A stretch of 64,000 bases of DNA from an uncultured bacterium. Its GTDB lineage: Bacteria > Babelota > Babeliae > Babelales > Babelaceae. Made by a program: the position numbers and the translations under genes. Every line of letters starts with the position of its first letter. The first letter of the stretch is position 1. The notes beneath the pieces are model-generated. The model saw only the letters and a list, made by a program, of their open reading frames with translations. It was not told the DNA's origin and did not search any database. Shown one piece after another: positions 50,901 through 61,815 of this stretch. Location of the stretch: the NCBI GenBank assembly GCA_963848965.1, contig CAWKFG010000004.1:416001-480000 (forward strand), given 5' to 3'.

Positions 50901-51863
50901 ATGAATCCAGTTCTTACCGTACATAACTTAGTAAAAATATTTCCAGTTCAGGGAAAGCGCTTCTCTTTTAAAGCAGATTCTACTTTTACTGCACTAAACA
51001 ACGTTTCATTTTCATTGCAAGAAGGTGAAGTACTTGGACTTTTAGGACCTAATGGTGCAGGAAAAACGACTACCATTCATATACTTCTAGGAATTCTTAC
51101 TCCTACTTCTGGATCTATTGAATATTTTGGTAAAGATTTTTATCTTCATCGTACAGAAATTATGCCGTTCCTTTCGTTTGCCAGTACGTATGTTAAACTG
51201 CCTGGTAGGCTCACTGTATGGGAAAACTTAGATATTTATGGAAGATTATATGGGTTATCCTACACAGATCGGCTCGCTCGTATTGAGAAGTACTTAAAGT
51301 TTTTTGGCATGTGGAACATTAAGGATAAAGAAACGGGCGTACTCTCTGCTGGCCAAACAACTCGTGTTATGCTTGCTAAAGCGTTTTTGCCTCGACCACG
51401 TATTGTTTTGCTTGACGAGCCTACAGCTTCTTTAGATCCTGATATAGCCCATGAAGTTCGCAATTTTATTCTTGAAGAGCAGAAACAGAATGCTACTTCA
51501 ATTTTAGTAACATCGCACAATATGGATGAAGTGACAGAGATTTGCGATAGAGTATTGGTATTAAAAAGAGGTACTATTATTGCAGATAATACCCCAGAGA
51601 GCCTTGCAGCGAGTGTAGCACAAACACGTATTCATTTTATTTCAGAAGATCTTTATAAGCTTGAAGAGTTTGCGCAACGACGTGGTATAAGTTATATTTT
51701 AGAAAAAAATGGTATATCTCTTGCTCTTGATGAGCAACTTTTAGCTTCATTTTTAATAGAGCTTGCTCATGAAGGTATTCGATATTCAAGTATAGCACTT
51801 GATAAACCAACGCTTGAGGATTATTTTTTGTCTATTGCTCAACAAGATGAGAGAAATGTATGA
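50901..51863 (+). CDS. ABC-2 exporter ATP-binding subunit
   Basis: GPNGAGKTT, LSAGQ, LLDEPT, SHNM. Confidence 0.93.
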   Translation: MNPVLTVHNLVKIFPVQGKRFSFKADSTFTALNNVSFSLQEGEVLGLLGPNGAGKTTTIHILLGILTPTSGSIEYFGKDFYLHRTEIMPFLSFASTYVKLPGRLTVWENLDIYGRLYGLSYTDRLARIEKYLKFFGMWNIKDKETGVLSAGQTTRVMLAKAFLPRPRIVLLDEPTASLDPDIAHEVRNFILEEQKQNATSILVTSHNMDEVTEICDRVLVLKRGTIIADNTPESLAASVAQTRIHFISEDLYKLEEFAQRRGISYILEKNGISLALDEQLLASFLIELAHEGIRYSSIALDKPTLEDYFLSIAQQDERNV

Positions 51864-52645
51864 TAAACTTTCAACATGTATGGGCTATCGTTATACGTCA
51901 TTGGCGCTTAACATTTCGTGGTTTTGATAGAATCTTTAATGTATTCTACTGGCCTCTATTAAATATTGTTATTTGGGGTATTACGAGTGTTTGGTTACAG
52001 CAGCAGGCTAAGCAGCCGCATATTGTTGCTATGATTTTAACAGGGCTCATTTTCTGGCAAATTGTGTTTAGAGTTAATTTAGAGACAGCAAAGAGTCTTT
52101 TTGAAGAGCTTATTAATCAAAATCTTGTTAATCTCTTTGCTACGCCTCTTACACTGTATGAATGGATTGTCGCTATAATGCTTCTAGGCATTATAAACAT
52201 GATTCTTGTCATGATGTGTGGTATAACCGCTGTGTGGTTTCTTTATAATTTTAATATGCTTGTCTTAGGGTGGTCTATAATTCCCTTTATGCTCTCTTTA
52301 TTAATATCAGGCTGGTTTATTGGTTTTTTCATTTGCGGGCTCCTTATTTATTGGGGCGTTAAAGCGCAAGATTTTATTTATACGATAGGATGGACATTTG
52401 CTCCTTTTAGTGCAATCTATTACCCTCTTGAGGTACTTCCACAGTGGGTACAATATATTTCGAGGCTTTTGCCTATGACGTATGTTTTTGAGAGTATGCG
52501 TTATATGTTAAAGAATGGAACAATTCCTCTGTCTCAACTTTCTCTAAGTTATGGCCTCAATGTGCTCTATCTTATTGGCTCATTATTATTTTTTAAGCGT
52601 ATGTTTGAAAAGAGCAAAGAGAAGGGTCTAGCTCGTCTTGAATAA
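51860..52645 (+). CDS. ABC-2 exporter permease
   Basis: About six TM helices, YYPLEVLP.W. Confidence 0.9.
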   Translation: MINFQHVWAIVIRHWRLTFRGFDRIFNVFYWPLLNIVIWGITSVWLQQQAKQPHIVAMILTGLIFWQIVFRVNLETAKSLFEELINQNLVNLFATPLTLYEWIVAIMLLGIINMILVMMCGITAVWFLYNFNMLVLGWSIIPFMLSLLISGWFIGFFICGLLIYWGVKAQDFIYTIGWTFAPFSAIYYPLEVLPQWVQYISRLLPMTYVFESMRYMLKNGTIPLSQLSLSYGLNVLYLIGSLLFFKRMFEKSKEKGLARLE

Positions 52646-52647
52646 AT

Positions 52648-54099
52648 TTACTTTACTCTAAATGTCTCAAATTGCCACATATCTTCTTCTGAAGGTATTT
52701 TTTCGTCTTTAAGTTTATTAAAATGGTTAACTCTATTTTTAAGAGGATTCCAATTTGTTTGTCTGGACGAACATGTTCCCAGATACGGCTCTGCTACTTC
52801 TAATATCTCTTTGTATGGTAAATCATCCGGCACTAAAAAGCCTCTGTGCGGATTCTTTATCATCCAGACAAGAGCTCCGAGCATTGCTGCTGCTACTTGA
52901 AGCGTAGTTGCATTTTGTCCCTCTACTAGTGCTCGTGTTTCTTGGATGCTTAGGTGCGATCCGGTCCACCATCCGTTAAGATCATGGCCAAGAAGAAGAA
53001 CTCCGAGCTCATCTCGTCCATCAATAATATCGTCATTCATGATTCTCATAGAGTGTTGAAGTTTGTAATTATGCATCTTCATTTCATACAATGAGGCTAA
53101 AGCAAAATCTGTGGGTAAATAAACGTAATGTACGGTAGGTCGATAGATGGGCTTATCACCATCCCAGATAGTAAGATATTTGCTAATACTATAGGATTCA
53201 CCATGACGAATGAGCATACCTATAATTTCCCCCGTAGGAATCCATGATCGCATAAGAACATTCATGCCCATCTCGTTTAAAAATATTTGATTTCGTGGCC
53301 CAAAGAAGGGAACTTGGCCACCGTTAGGTATTGTTTTTTCATGAGTTCCCCATCCGAGTTCTGCAGGAGCAGTAGCTTCTTCGTAAAATCCTTCGATTGA
53401 CCAGGTATTTACAAACTCATTTACTTTTTTAGGATTAGTACTTATTTGCATATCTCGTTCTGCTATATGAATTACTTTAGTGCCTGTGATCATTGCAAGA
53501 GAAGGAAAATCCTGAGTATCTAAAGCATTCTTTAATGCTTCTCTTCGATTTCCGTAAGGAATAATTTCTAAAATGCGTTCTGTTATACTTACAAGAGCGC
53601 TTTTAGTCCAGTGACTTACAAGACCTGGATTGGCACCATGTTCTACTATAGTAGTAGGGCCATTAGATGGCCATCTTTTTGCTCGTTCAGAAAGAGCCAT
53701 ATGGCGCATATAAAGAGTTCTGTCTACAAGTTGTTTTGAATGTTTATCTGCATAAGGGTCCCACCATTCAACTGAAGCATTGAGATACATAACGCTGTAC
53801 TCTTGGCACCAATCAATAAGATCGCTTGTGTCCAGATTAACAGTAAGGTCGATAAGAATATCTCCTGGCTTGAGAAGTGAGCCAAAAATTTGCGCATGAT
53901 TTTCCGAGGAGATAGTTTGTTGTATAAAACGTGCACCATGCTCTACAAAAGCCTTCATACGTTCACGAGTATCACGTGTGTCCATAATAGTTATACGTGA
54001 AAAGTCCATAGAAATATGGCGTAGTATAAGGTGCTGCAAGCACTGGGATACAGCACCTGCACCGATAATAAGTATATTACCTTTAAATTCTATGTTCAT
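52648..54099 (-). CDS. hss: Homospermidine synthase
   Basis: IGAGAV, HGANPGLVSH, FVNTWSIEG, PAELGWGTHE, QNATTLQV. Confidence 0.93.
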   Translation of the reverse strand: MNIEFKGNILIIGAGAVSQCLQHLILRHISMDFSRITIMDTRDTRERMKAFVEHGARFIQQTISSENHAQIFGSLLKPGDILIDLTVNLDTSDLIDWCQEYSVMYLNASVEWWDPYADKHSKQLVDRTLYMRHMALSERAKRWPSNGPTTIVEHGANPGLVSHWTKSALVSITERILEIIPYGNRREALKNALDTQDFPSLAMITGTKVIHIAERDMQISTNPKKVNEFVNTWSIEGFYEEATAPAELGWGTHEKTIPNGGQVPFFGPRNQIFLNEMGMNVLMRSWIPTGEIIGMLIRHGESYSISKYLTIWDGDKPIYRPTVHYVYLPTDFALASLYEMKMHNYKLQHSMRIMNDDIIDGRDELGVLLLGHDLNGWWTGSHLSIQETRALVEGQNATTLQVAAAMLGALVWMIKNPHRGFLVPDDLPYKEILEVAEPYLGTCSSRQTNWNPLKNRVNHFNKLKDEKIPSEEDMWQFETFRVK

Positions 54100-54485
54100 A
54101 CTTTTCTTTCTTTTTATTTATTATTTTTATCGTAAACCAAATTCTACTAGTATGGCAAGAAAAATTATAAAAATAAGCTTAATATCAACATGTAATCATA
54201 TTTTTTTTCTTTTTGAAACCTTAATTATTCGAATAAAAGTACCTTTTTTATTAATTTTACTTATTACCTTATTAATGATATGCTCGAGAATTACTTCTAA
54301 TTTTTATTATGATAGAAACAGACATGATAAAACTCTATTATTTTTTCTTTAATATTCTTAACTGTAATGCCATTATGGCTACTGTAAGTGCTTCGTGCAT
54401 ATAATAGTATAAAAAAAGGAAATCTTATAAAACTAAAAAACTCTTACAGCTTTTATCTAGTAAATTCTCTTATAAAAAGGAATAC

Positions 54486-56093
54486 ATGAATTGTAAAATA
54501 GCTATTTTACTTCTTTGGTTTTGTTTTTCGCTCTCTGCTATGAAGCAGAGTATTTTTCACCTTACAGCTCTATCACAAAAGTTTATAGAGCGTGCACACT
54601 ATGGTAAACGGGAAAAAGTTTATACAATGCTTTCTGAAAATTCTGCTATTGATGATGCAGCAAAAGAGATAGTTTTTACTATAGCAGCTGCACATGGATG
54701 GGTAGACATCGTAGAACTTCTTATAAACAAGGGAACGAATATTCATACAGACCGTGATGAAGCATTCAAGAATGCTGCTCGTAATGGGCATAGTAGCATT
54801 ATGCAAATGCTTATTAAGCAGGGTATTACTCACGAACATGCTGCTTATCATCATGGCCTTATAGCTGCAGCAGCAGGAACTGGCAATCTAGAAGTTATAG
54901 ATATTCTTTTAGAATATGGGGCAGATCCACAATGGGAATATGAGGCTGCAATAAAGAATGCCGTTCATAATAACCATAGAGAAGTAGTCTCTAAGTTATT
55001 GAAAGCTGGTAGTTCTGTAGATGCAAAAAATGGAGATGGTGAAACACTGTTGATGATTGCAGCGCAAAAAGGCTATTTAGAGATGGCTCAGCTTCTTATA
55101 AGCAATAAGGCAGACTGCTCTCTAGCTTCACCTCGAGGTGATACAGCTCTTATTTATGCATGTAGGCATGGTCATACTGCAGTTGCTCAGTTGCTTATAG
55201 AAACAGGAAGTGCTTTCCATCGACATAAGGCTCTTGTAGCAGCAGCTTCTTGTAGTCATAAAGCACTAGTAAAATTGCTTTTAAATAGGGATGCTTCGCT
55301 TCAAGCATATGAACATGAGGCTTTAAAAGCTGCAATTCTTTATGGTACAAAAGATTTTATACGTTCCTTTATATCTCGAGTAGACTTTGTATTGAACAAA
55401 GATGAGTTATTTAAGAACAATAAGCAAGTAATCTTTCAAGTGCTTTTAAAACTTATTGAAGCTGGTATACACCTTACATTACAGGACTATACTTATGCTT
55501 TAACGCTTGCTCGAGAGTCTCATGCGCAAGGTATGATCTCTTTCTTGGAGTTTTGTATACAGCCAACAATACAAGCATACTGTGATGCAGGATATGCAAA
55601 GAAAATACCTCTTGCGCAGCTCTATGCAGATAAAGCTCTGCAAAAATATGTTCTTAATCCTTCTCATTACTTGCAGGAATATAAAATCACATACCTTGAT
55701 CGAGGGTATTATGCTCGTTCATGTGTGTATGAGCGTAGTTGGGCGGAGAGCTATGTTCCTTATTGGTATCAGTACAATTCATATAATCACCTTACTTGTA
55801 GTCATCAAACGCCTTTAGTGTGGGCATGTATATTTGGTCATCAGGAGACGGTTACGTCTCTTTTATCATATAACTTACCTTTGTTCTTTATCAATGCTCG
55901 TGATAAGAGTGGGTATACTGCGCTCGATTACGCTGCACGGTATAATTTTGAATCGCTTGTTCTTCTTCTTTTAAAAAATAGGGCTATGCCAACGTTACGA
56001 GCAGTTAAGCAAGCAGTAAAAAAAAGAAATTACTTTATAGTTGTTGAGCTTCTTTTAGCATTAAAACAGATTCCTCTTTCAATACTTGAATAA
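54486..56093 (+). CDS. Ankyrin repeat protein with signal peptide
   Basis: More than eight ankyrin repeats. Confidence 0.9.
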   Translation: MNCKIAILLLWFCFSLSAMKQSIFHLTALSQKFIERAHYGKREKVYTMLSENSAIDDAAKEIVFTIAAAHGWVDIVELLINKGTNIHTDRDEAFKNAARNGHSSIMQMLIKQGITHEHAAYHHGLIAAAAGTGNLEVIDILLEYGADPQWEYEAAIKNAVHNNHREVVSKLLKAGSSVDAKNGDGETLLMIAAQKGYLEMAQLLISNKADCSLASPRGDTALIYACRHGHTAVAQLLIETGSAFHRHKALVAAASCSHKALVKLLLNRDASLQAYEHEALKAAILYGTKDFIRSFISRVDFVLNKDELFKNNKQVIFQVLLKLIEAGIHLTLQDYTYALTLARESHAQGMISFLEFCIQPTIQAYCDAGYAKKIPLAQLYADKALQKYVLNPSHYLQEYKITYLDRGYYARSCVYERSWAESYVPYWYQYNSYNHLTCSHQTPLVWACIFGHQETVTSLLSYNLPLFFINARDKSGYTALDYAARYNFESLVLLLLKNRAMPTLRAVKQAVKKRNYFIVVELLLALKQIPLSILE

Positions 56094-56183
56094 TAAGCCT
56101 ATTGGTAGCTGCCCTTATAGCTGCAATGTTTCTGTGCTTATAACTAGTATATTTATTTCTACCAAAGATAGTTATGTAAACAT

Positions 56184-56357
56184 GGTGTCGTCGGAACAGG
56201 TGCGTTCCACCTGGACCGGAGACTCGCGTAGCGGCGTGCAACTGCAAAAAATCGGTACGATTTTTTGCTTTAAAAGAACCAGCGAGGAGCTTTAGCTCTG
56301 AGCAAAAAGGGTTGCAAGGGTGCGCCCTTGCTGGGGTTACAGGGGCAAAGCCCCTCA
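56184..56357 (+). repeat. GC-rich multi-hairpin dispersed repeat, copy A
   Basis: Highly similar to 61449-61623. Confidence 0.85.
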
Positions 56358-56367
56358 TAGTTGAGCT

Positions 56368-57084
56368 TCAGTGCATAAAGGGGTACAGTAAACCAAGCAA
56401 GAGTGGCTGATGAGCGAGATATACAAGCAGAGTATGCTTGCCAAGAAAGCTTAGTGTTCGAGCAATAGAAGAAGTAGGCTCCTGAGGAAGCTTAAATTGG
56501 CGCTGAGCATGAGAGTATGCAAAGGAAGCAGCTAATACGCCAAGAAGGTATATACTCAGCCAAGGAATAAGGGGAAAGTGATCGAGTGAATAGAAGTCTG
56601 CAGGTTCTAGGCCGAGCCAGACGAGATAAGGAAAAGAGGCAGTTTGTGCTTGGACCCAGGGAGTACAAAGGAGAAGTACTGATGCTGCTGTAAAAGTGAG
56701 TAGCGGTTTATTGAGAAAAAAGTAGGCAACAAGAGGAGCAATGGCAAGGAAGTGGAGGATACCAAAGATGATAGTTCCTTCGCCTATAAAGAGCCAGGTA
56801 GAGAGTGAAATGAGAGCACCAATGCCAAGGAGCTTTGCTGAACGCGCTAGAAGCTTTGGCAAGAACGGGCTGTTAGTAGTAAGAGATTTTTGAAAGCTTA
56901 TGGCAAGTGAGATGCCTGAAGTAAAAATGAATGTTGAAGCAGCTAAGCGTGCAATGGACCACCAGAGCCATGAATCGAGGTTAATGGGTACTTGAACGAA
57001 GAATGCGATATCGAAAATGAAGTGAAAGAAGATGACAAGAAGTATGGCACTGCCTTTGATAAGATCGAGTTCCCAAAATCTCAT
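56368..57084 (-). CDS. DUF1624 / HGSNAT-like membrane acyltransferase
   Basis: RFWELDLIKG.AI, FGILH, DHFPLIPW, LGKHTL.VYL.HQP. Confidence 0.85.
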   Translation of the reverse strand: MRFWELDLIKGSAILLVIFFHFIFDIAFFVQVPINLDSWLWWSIARLAASTFIFTSGISLAISFQKSLTTNSPFLPKLLARSAKLLGIGALISLSTWLFIGEGTIIFGILHFLAIAPLVAYFFLNKPLLTFTAASVLLLCTPWVQAQTASFPYLVWLGLEPADFYSLDHFPLIPWLSIYLLGVLAASFAYSHAQRQFKLPQEPTSSIARTLSFLGKHTLLVYLAHQPLLLGLLYPFMH

Positions 57085-57099
57085 ACTACTCCTACAAGG

Positions 57100-57132
57100 A
57101 AAAACCCGCCAGAGCTTGTAGCTAAGGCGGGT
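57100..57132 (-). terminator. Terminator/attenuator after rpsR
   Basis: ACCCGCC...GGCGGGT followed by TTTT on the minus strand. Confidence 0.55.
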
Positions 57133-57139
57133 CTCTCTT

Positions 57140-57427
57140 TTACATTTGTGCTGCTGTATATGGTAATAATGCCATAATACGAGCATTTTTTATTTGAGCA
57201 GTTAAAACACGTTGGTGCTTTGCACACGTTCCTGAGATGTGTGACGGTAATATCTTGCCTCGTTCTGTGATAAAGTTTTTCAGAAGTTGAGCATTCTTAT
57301 AATCTAATGCTGCTTCATTCTGTTTATTAGCACAGAACTTGCATTGCTTTGCGCCGCTAAAGGAGCCACGTCGTGCTCGTTTCTTGAGTAGCCGGCTACT
57401 TACTTTTAATTTAACTTTGCGTGCCAT
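57140..57427 (-). CDS. rpsR: 30S ribosomal protein S18
   Basis: [23 protein letters not shown]. Confidence 0.96.
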   Translation of the reverse strand: MARKVKLKVSSRLLKKRARRGSFSGAKQCKFCANKQNEAALDYKNAQLLKNFITERGKILPSHISGTCAKHQRVLTAQIKNARIMALLPYTAAQM

Positions 57428-57438
57428 AGTATTCCTTA

Positions 57439-57900
57439 TTATTCTTGTTCAAATTCTTGTTCCATCTCTTCTGACTGGCGAGAGCCTGAAGATTTGCTTA
57501 AAAGTCCTGTCATCTTATTTTCTTTTAAGAAAGTATCAACATCGCGTGTTGGTACTTCTTCAAGTGATTCTGGGCGCTTATATTCTAAAGAGCCTTGTGA
57601 ATCAAGACGCATGATAACATGACGCATAGCGAGATCAACGTATCTGACAGCAAATAAAATGCGGATAGCTTCAAGAAGAGCAGTTTTGTGTTCTTCGTCG
57701 ACTTCAAAGCGAGCAAGAAAGTAGACACCATAGTCGTATTTTCTTATAGGATATGCAAGTTGATACTTGCCCCATCGCTCAAATGAGATAACATTTCCTT
57801 TAGCATCACTGACAAGTTTATCAAACTGAGATTCAAGCTCAGCTGACTCATCAGCAGTGATTTCTGGAACTGTTAAAAAAAGTGTTTCATAACGTAGCAT
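57439..57900 (-). CDS. rpsF: 30S ribosomal protein S6
   Basis: RYET.F, WG...LAYPI.K...G.Y. Confidence 0.93.
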   Translation of the reverse strand: MLRYETLFLTVPEITADESAELESQFDKLVSDAKGNVISFERWGKYQLAYPIRKYDYGVYFLARFEVDEEHKTALLEAIRILFAVRYVDLAMRHVIMRLDSQGSLEYKRPESLEEVPTRDVDTFLKENKMTGLLSKSSGSRQSEEMEQEFEQE

Positions 57901-57977
57901 ATAAGCTCCTTCTACTAACTGGAAGTGTTGTTTTTACACTATAAAGCAGTAAGCTGCTTTATTTAGCAGAGGCGTAA

Positions 57978-58649
57978 TTACTCAAACCTTTGATGGCGAG
58001 CAATAACGCGTCCAATAATTCTAAAGTGGTCTTTTCCACGTACTAAAGCAATAGGTGCAGCCTTATGATTTACTGATTCAAGAACGAGGAAATCATCTGT
58101 ATAGGTTACCTGCATAATTGCTTTTACGGGTGTTTCGTTACCATATTCAACTGCTGCAATGTCACCTGAACGGGCCCATACATCTGGCGAGATGATAAGG
58201 ATATCACCTTTATCAAATGTTGGTGCTAGTTGGTTACTTGAAAGTGCAAGTGCAAACATAGAACCATCATTATTATTAAGTACAGGAACAAATACATCCT
58301 TGAATCCTGTCGTTAATTGCATAAGCTGATTATTATATGGTGACGGGTTTGAAGGAATATCTCCTACAACTGGTACAATTTGTACTTTTAATTGCACATC
58401 TGACTTTTCTGGCATACTCACGTTATTATCGATATCGTCAGTACGTTTACGTCGTTGTGCAAAGAGGTCAATAGGGCTTACTTCAAACGCATTAGCTAGT
58501 TTACGCAATGAATCTTCATTCCAACGGCGTGTACCATTTTTAATGTGCGTTAGATAGCTCTCGGACATACCTGTTTTTTCTGCAAGAGTCTTGGTAGTCC
58601 ACCCTTTTTCTCTGAGCAACTCTTTTACGCGGAGTGCTGTTGATGACAT
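57978..58649 (-). CDS. XRE HTH + S24-like transcriptional regulator
   Basis: N-terminal HTH; C-terminal LexA/CI-like beta domain. Confidence 0.85.
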   Translation of the reverse strand: MSSTALRVKELLREKGWTTKTLAEKTGMSESYLTHIKNGTRRWNEDSLRKLANAFEVSPIDLFAQRRKRTDDIDNNVSMPEKSDVQLKVQIVPVVGDIPSNPSPYNNQLMQLTTGFKDVFVPVLNNNDGSMFALALSSNQLAPTFDKGDILIISPDVWARSGDIAAVEYGNETPVKAIMQVTYTDDFLVLESVNHKAAPIALVRGKDHFRIIGRVIARHQRFE

Positions 58650-58884
58650 AATAAATCCTTCCCTTACACTAGTTATAGTTAGGTTTTCTGGTTTTATACA
58701 CTGCATTATTCTCATTGTACTAAATTAATTATTCTTGTCAAATGGAAAACATAGCTCTTTTTCTCTTTTTTTCTTATTCACGCTCTCCTTAAGCAGCAAA
58801 GCTCTTTAAATAAGGTATTTTCTCATTTTTGCTCTTTTGATTGTCGAAAAAATAATTTTGAAGTACATTATTTTGTAGTATAAA

Positions 58885-59493
58885 ATGGGAGAATGCATGG
58901 TAAAACCGTTTGGCGAAGTAATAGAAAGTTCATTAAGCATAATTAAAGCTCAGTGTTGGAAGTGGGACGATTTTCCTTCTTTTGGTTCTTTGGTTACTAT
59001 AGAGATACAAAAAAGGACGCTTTTTGGACTGGTCCATCATATTCAAACGGGGTCACTCGATGCTCAGCGAACAGTATTTGCTTATCAAAAAACAGAAGAA
59101 GAGTTACAACAAGAGCAGCCTCAGATATTTGAGTTTCTTTGTACTACCTTTTCTTGCTTGATTTTGGGATACAAAGAGCAGGGCAAAATTATATATCAAG
59201 TACCTCCAGAACCTCCTAAGATTCACACATTTATCTACCGAGCAACAGAGCTTGATAGTAGTTCATTTTTCTCACATGAGCACTATTTGCCTCTTCTTTT
59301 TTCTTTTGCACATCATACTTTCTCACTCGATGAGCTGTTGCTTGCTCTTCTTAAGAATATTGCCAATACTAAAGCACTTACTCCTGAAGCGCTCAATAAC
59401 TTTATACAAACATTCTCACTGCTTACTGCAAACGATTATCGACGACTTAAGCTCTTTCTTCAAAGAGCACAAGCAGTTATACAGCTCTCTTGA
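58885..59493 (+). CDS. HAS-barrel domain protein
   Basis: GEVIESS, P.FGSLV, QPQIFEFL, PP.PPKIH. Confidence 0.65.
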   Translation: MGECMVKPFGEVIESSLSIIKAQCWKWDDFPSFGSLVTIEIQKRTLFGLVHHIQTGSLDAQRTVFAYQKTEEELQQEQPQIFEFLCTTFSCLILGYKEQGKIIYQVPPEPPKIHTFIYRATELDSSSFFSHEHYLPLLFSFAHHTFSLDELLLALLKNIANTKALTPEALNNFIQTFSLLTANDYRRLKLFLQRAQAVIQLS

Positions 59494-59576
59494 ACGATGT
59501 AGAAACTCTTTGAAAACTCCCAGTTACTCACGATCAAAGAAGCTATTCTTTAAAATGCTTCTATGCACAAATTTTT

Positions 59577-60191
59577 TTAGTTACGCACAGGAATGATACT
59601 GATCATACGAACGATGTCTTCTGCTTGTCGTGCATCTTGATCGTTGCTTACAGCAATTAAAACGGAGAATAACCGTAAACATCCTAGAATTACTAGAGCG
59701 CCACCAATAGTCAAGGTTACAGGTGCATCTGAAATATAAGCTCCTACATTTGCTTCCATAACATGAGAATTGGCTGCAGACTCTTTCAGGCGTCCTGCAC
59801 CACTTCTTATCCAATTACCAACGAGGGGTAAACCATATACTGTGTTAGTAAACCAATTGAGTCCCCGCCCTAGCCTTACTATCATTATGCCACCTACTAC
59901 TGAATACAAGGATTTTACTGCTCGTTCTACTTTATCACTCAAAGGAATCCTTTTTTGGTCACATAAAGTGGCCCGATAGCGTGCGATATCCAACAGTTGT
60001 TCCTTTTCTTGCGCCGATAGTGATTCATGTTGTGCTAACATAGAAGTAACCAATGGAATATTGAGTGCCCAAATAGCTTGATATATCTGCGAGTCTAATG
60101 AAGAACGTGCACGAAATGAAGAACTTTCTGTTCCTCGTAGTACAAATAGCATACAGCTAACAAGTACAACAAGCCATTTTCTATGCTGCAT
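59577..60191 (-). CDS. Hypothetical membrane protein
   Basis: GGAGG RBS, signal peptide, TM segments. Confidence 0.65.
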   Translation of the reverse strand: MQHRKWLVVLVSCMLFVLRGTESSSFRARSSLDSQIYQAIWALNIPLVTSMLAQHESLSAQEKEQLLDIARYRATLCDQKRIPLSDKVERAVKSLYSVVGGIMIVRLGRGLNWFTNTVYGLPLVGNWIRSGAGRLKESAANSHVMEANVGAYISDAPVTLTIGGALVILGCLRLFSVLIAVSNDQDARQAEDIVRMISIIPVRN

Positions 60192-60329
60192 AGAACCTCC
60201 TTTATCTATAAAAGCACCTTCATTATACAAAAAACCCCCATTCTAAATAAATACTTTTACTCTCAGCTATTGAGCGACTTGTAAAAAGAGGTTAAAGTAA
60301 GTACCATACTACTTTAAACGGAGATTTTT

Positions 60330-61217
60330 ATGTTTGGGTTTATTAAGAAAGCATTAAGTACTATCTATCAACAAGTTACGAGTAAACTTACTACTCTCTT
60401 TACGCGTCAGCATATTGATGAAGATACACTCAAAGAGCTTGAACAGATCCTCATTAGTGCAGATACTGGTATCCATACAACTCGTACTATAATAGCAAAC
60501 CTCAAAGAGCAACTGTACCGCGGTTCTTTACAGAAAGGTTCAGACCTTCATACAGCTCTCAAGCAACAACTCAAATCATTGCTCACTACTCATCCATACG
60601 ACTCGCAAGCGGACATCTATCTACTCATCGGAATTAACGGTAGTGGCAAAACAACCTTTGCAGGTAAATTAGGCTTCTGGCTACAGCAGCAAAATAAAAA
60701 GGTCCTCTTTGTTGCAGCAGATACATTTCGTGCTGCAGCTACTGAGCAGCTGAGTACTTGGGGCCAGCGTCTCACTATTCCCGTTATTACCGGTAAAGAA
60801 AACCAAGATCCTGCTTCTGTCGTCTACTCGGGCTGCGAACACTTTAAACAAGGCGCCTACGACAATCTTATTATTGACACTGCCGGCCGATTACAAACAA
60901 AAGTTAATCTTATGAAAGAGCTTGAAAAAGTTAAACGTACTATCGATAAGCAGCTGAGTACCCACAAAATCTCTACTCTGCTTATCATCGACTCTATGCT
61001 CGGGCAAAATTCATTTGAGCAAGCAAAAATATTCCACGAAAGTACGCACGTTGACGGTATAGTACTCACCAAGATGGACGGAACAGGCAAAGGCGGCATC
61101 GTATTCTCTATAGTCCAAGAACTCAAGATACCTATCGCCTTTATCTCCTTTGGCGAACAACCAGAACAACTCGCTCTCTTCGATGCAGACACCTACGTTG
61201 ATCAACTACTCAGCTAG
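60330..61217 (+). CDS. ftsY: SRP receptor FtsY
   Basis: GINGSGKTT, DTFRAAA, DTAGR, TKMDGTGKGG. Confidence 0.96.
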   Translation: MFGFIKKALSTIYQQVTSKLTTLFTRQHIDEDTLKELEQILISADTGIHTTRTIIANLKEQLYRGSLQKGSDLHTALKQQLKSLLTTHPYDSQADIYLLIGINGSGKTTFAGKLGFWLQQQNKKVLFVAADTFRAAATEQLSTWGQRLTIPVITGKENQDPASVVYSGCEHFKQGAYDNLIIDTAGRLQTKVNLMKELEKVKRTIDKQLSTHKISTLLIIDSMLGQNSFEQAKIFHESTHVDGIVLTKMDGTGKGGIVFSIVQELKIPIAFISFGEQPEQLALFDADTYVDQLLS

Positions 61218-61233
61218 CTAGTAAGGAACGCTT

Positions 61234-61623
61234 TGAGGGGCTCTGCCCCTTGTACCCCGCTAGGGCCTAAGGCCCTAGAACCCCTTTGCTTCTTTTTGTT
61301 CTTTTTCTGCGTTAAAAAACGCTCAGCGTTTTTTAACAATAGCAGTCGCTACGCGATTTAAGCAACCAAGGGAACTCCCTGGTTGCCTGTTGCTGACTTA
61401 CGTTTTACTTGCCTGTAATTTAATATCAATAATACTTCTGTAACTATAGTGTCATCAGCAGGGGTGCGTTCCACCCCTGATGGAGACTCGCGTAGCGGCG
61501 TGCAACTGCAAAAAATCGGTACGATTTTTTGCTTTAAAAAACAAGCGAAGAGCTTTAGCTCTGAAGCTAGAAAGCGGGTTGCAAGGGCGCGCCCTTGCCA
61601 GGGTTAAAGGGACAGCGTCCCTT
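61234..61623. repeat. Composite palindromic element: inverted tail (61234-61290) plus copy B (61449-61623)
   Basis: Similarity to 56184-56357; several perfect hairpins. Confidence 0.8.
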
Positions 61624-61815
61624 ACAGTTAAGGCCCCTAGCTATTACAGGCTCGTAATTTGCACAAAAAGCACTCAAGATTTCAGCTTTTGACAAAAAAA
61701 TTGAATTCTGTATGTTATATAAAAAGAATAAGAAATTAAAAATAATTACAGATTAAGAAATGAGACATGCGCTCATGCTCTTATACCCTATCGTACTATA
61801 TAATGGAGGAACCGT

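Noticed and set aside
56035..61692. ORFs 56035-56358, 56086-56295 and 61480-61692
   Set aside because: Artefacts of the GC-rich repeat
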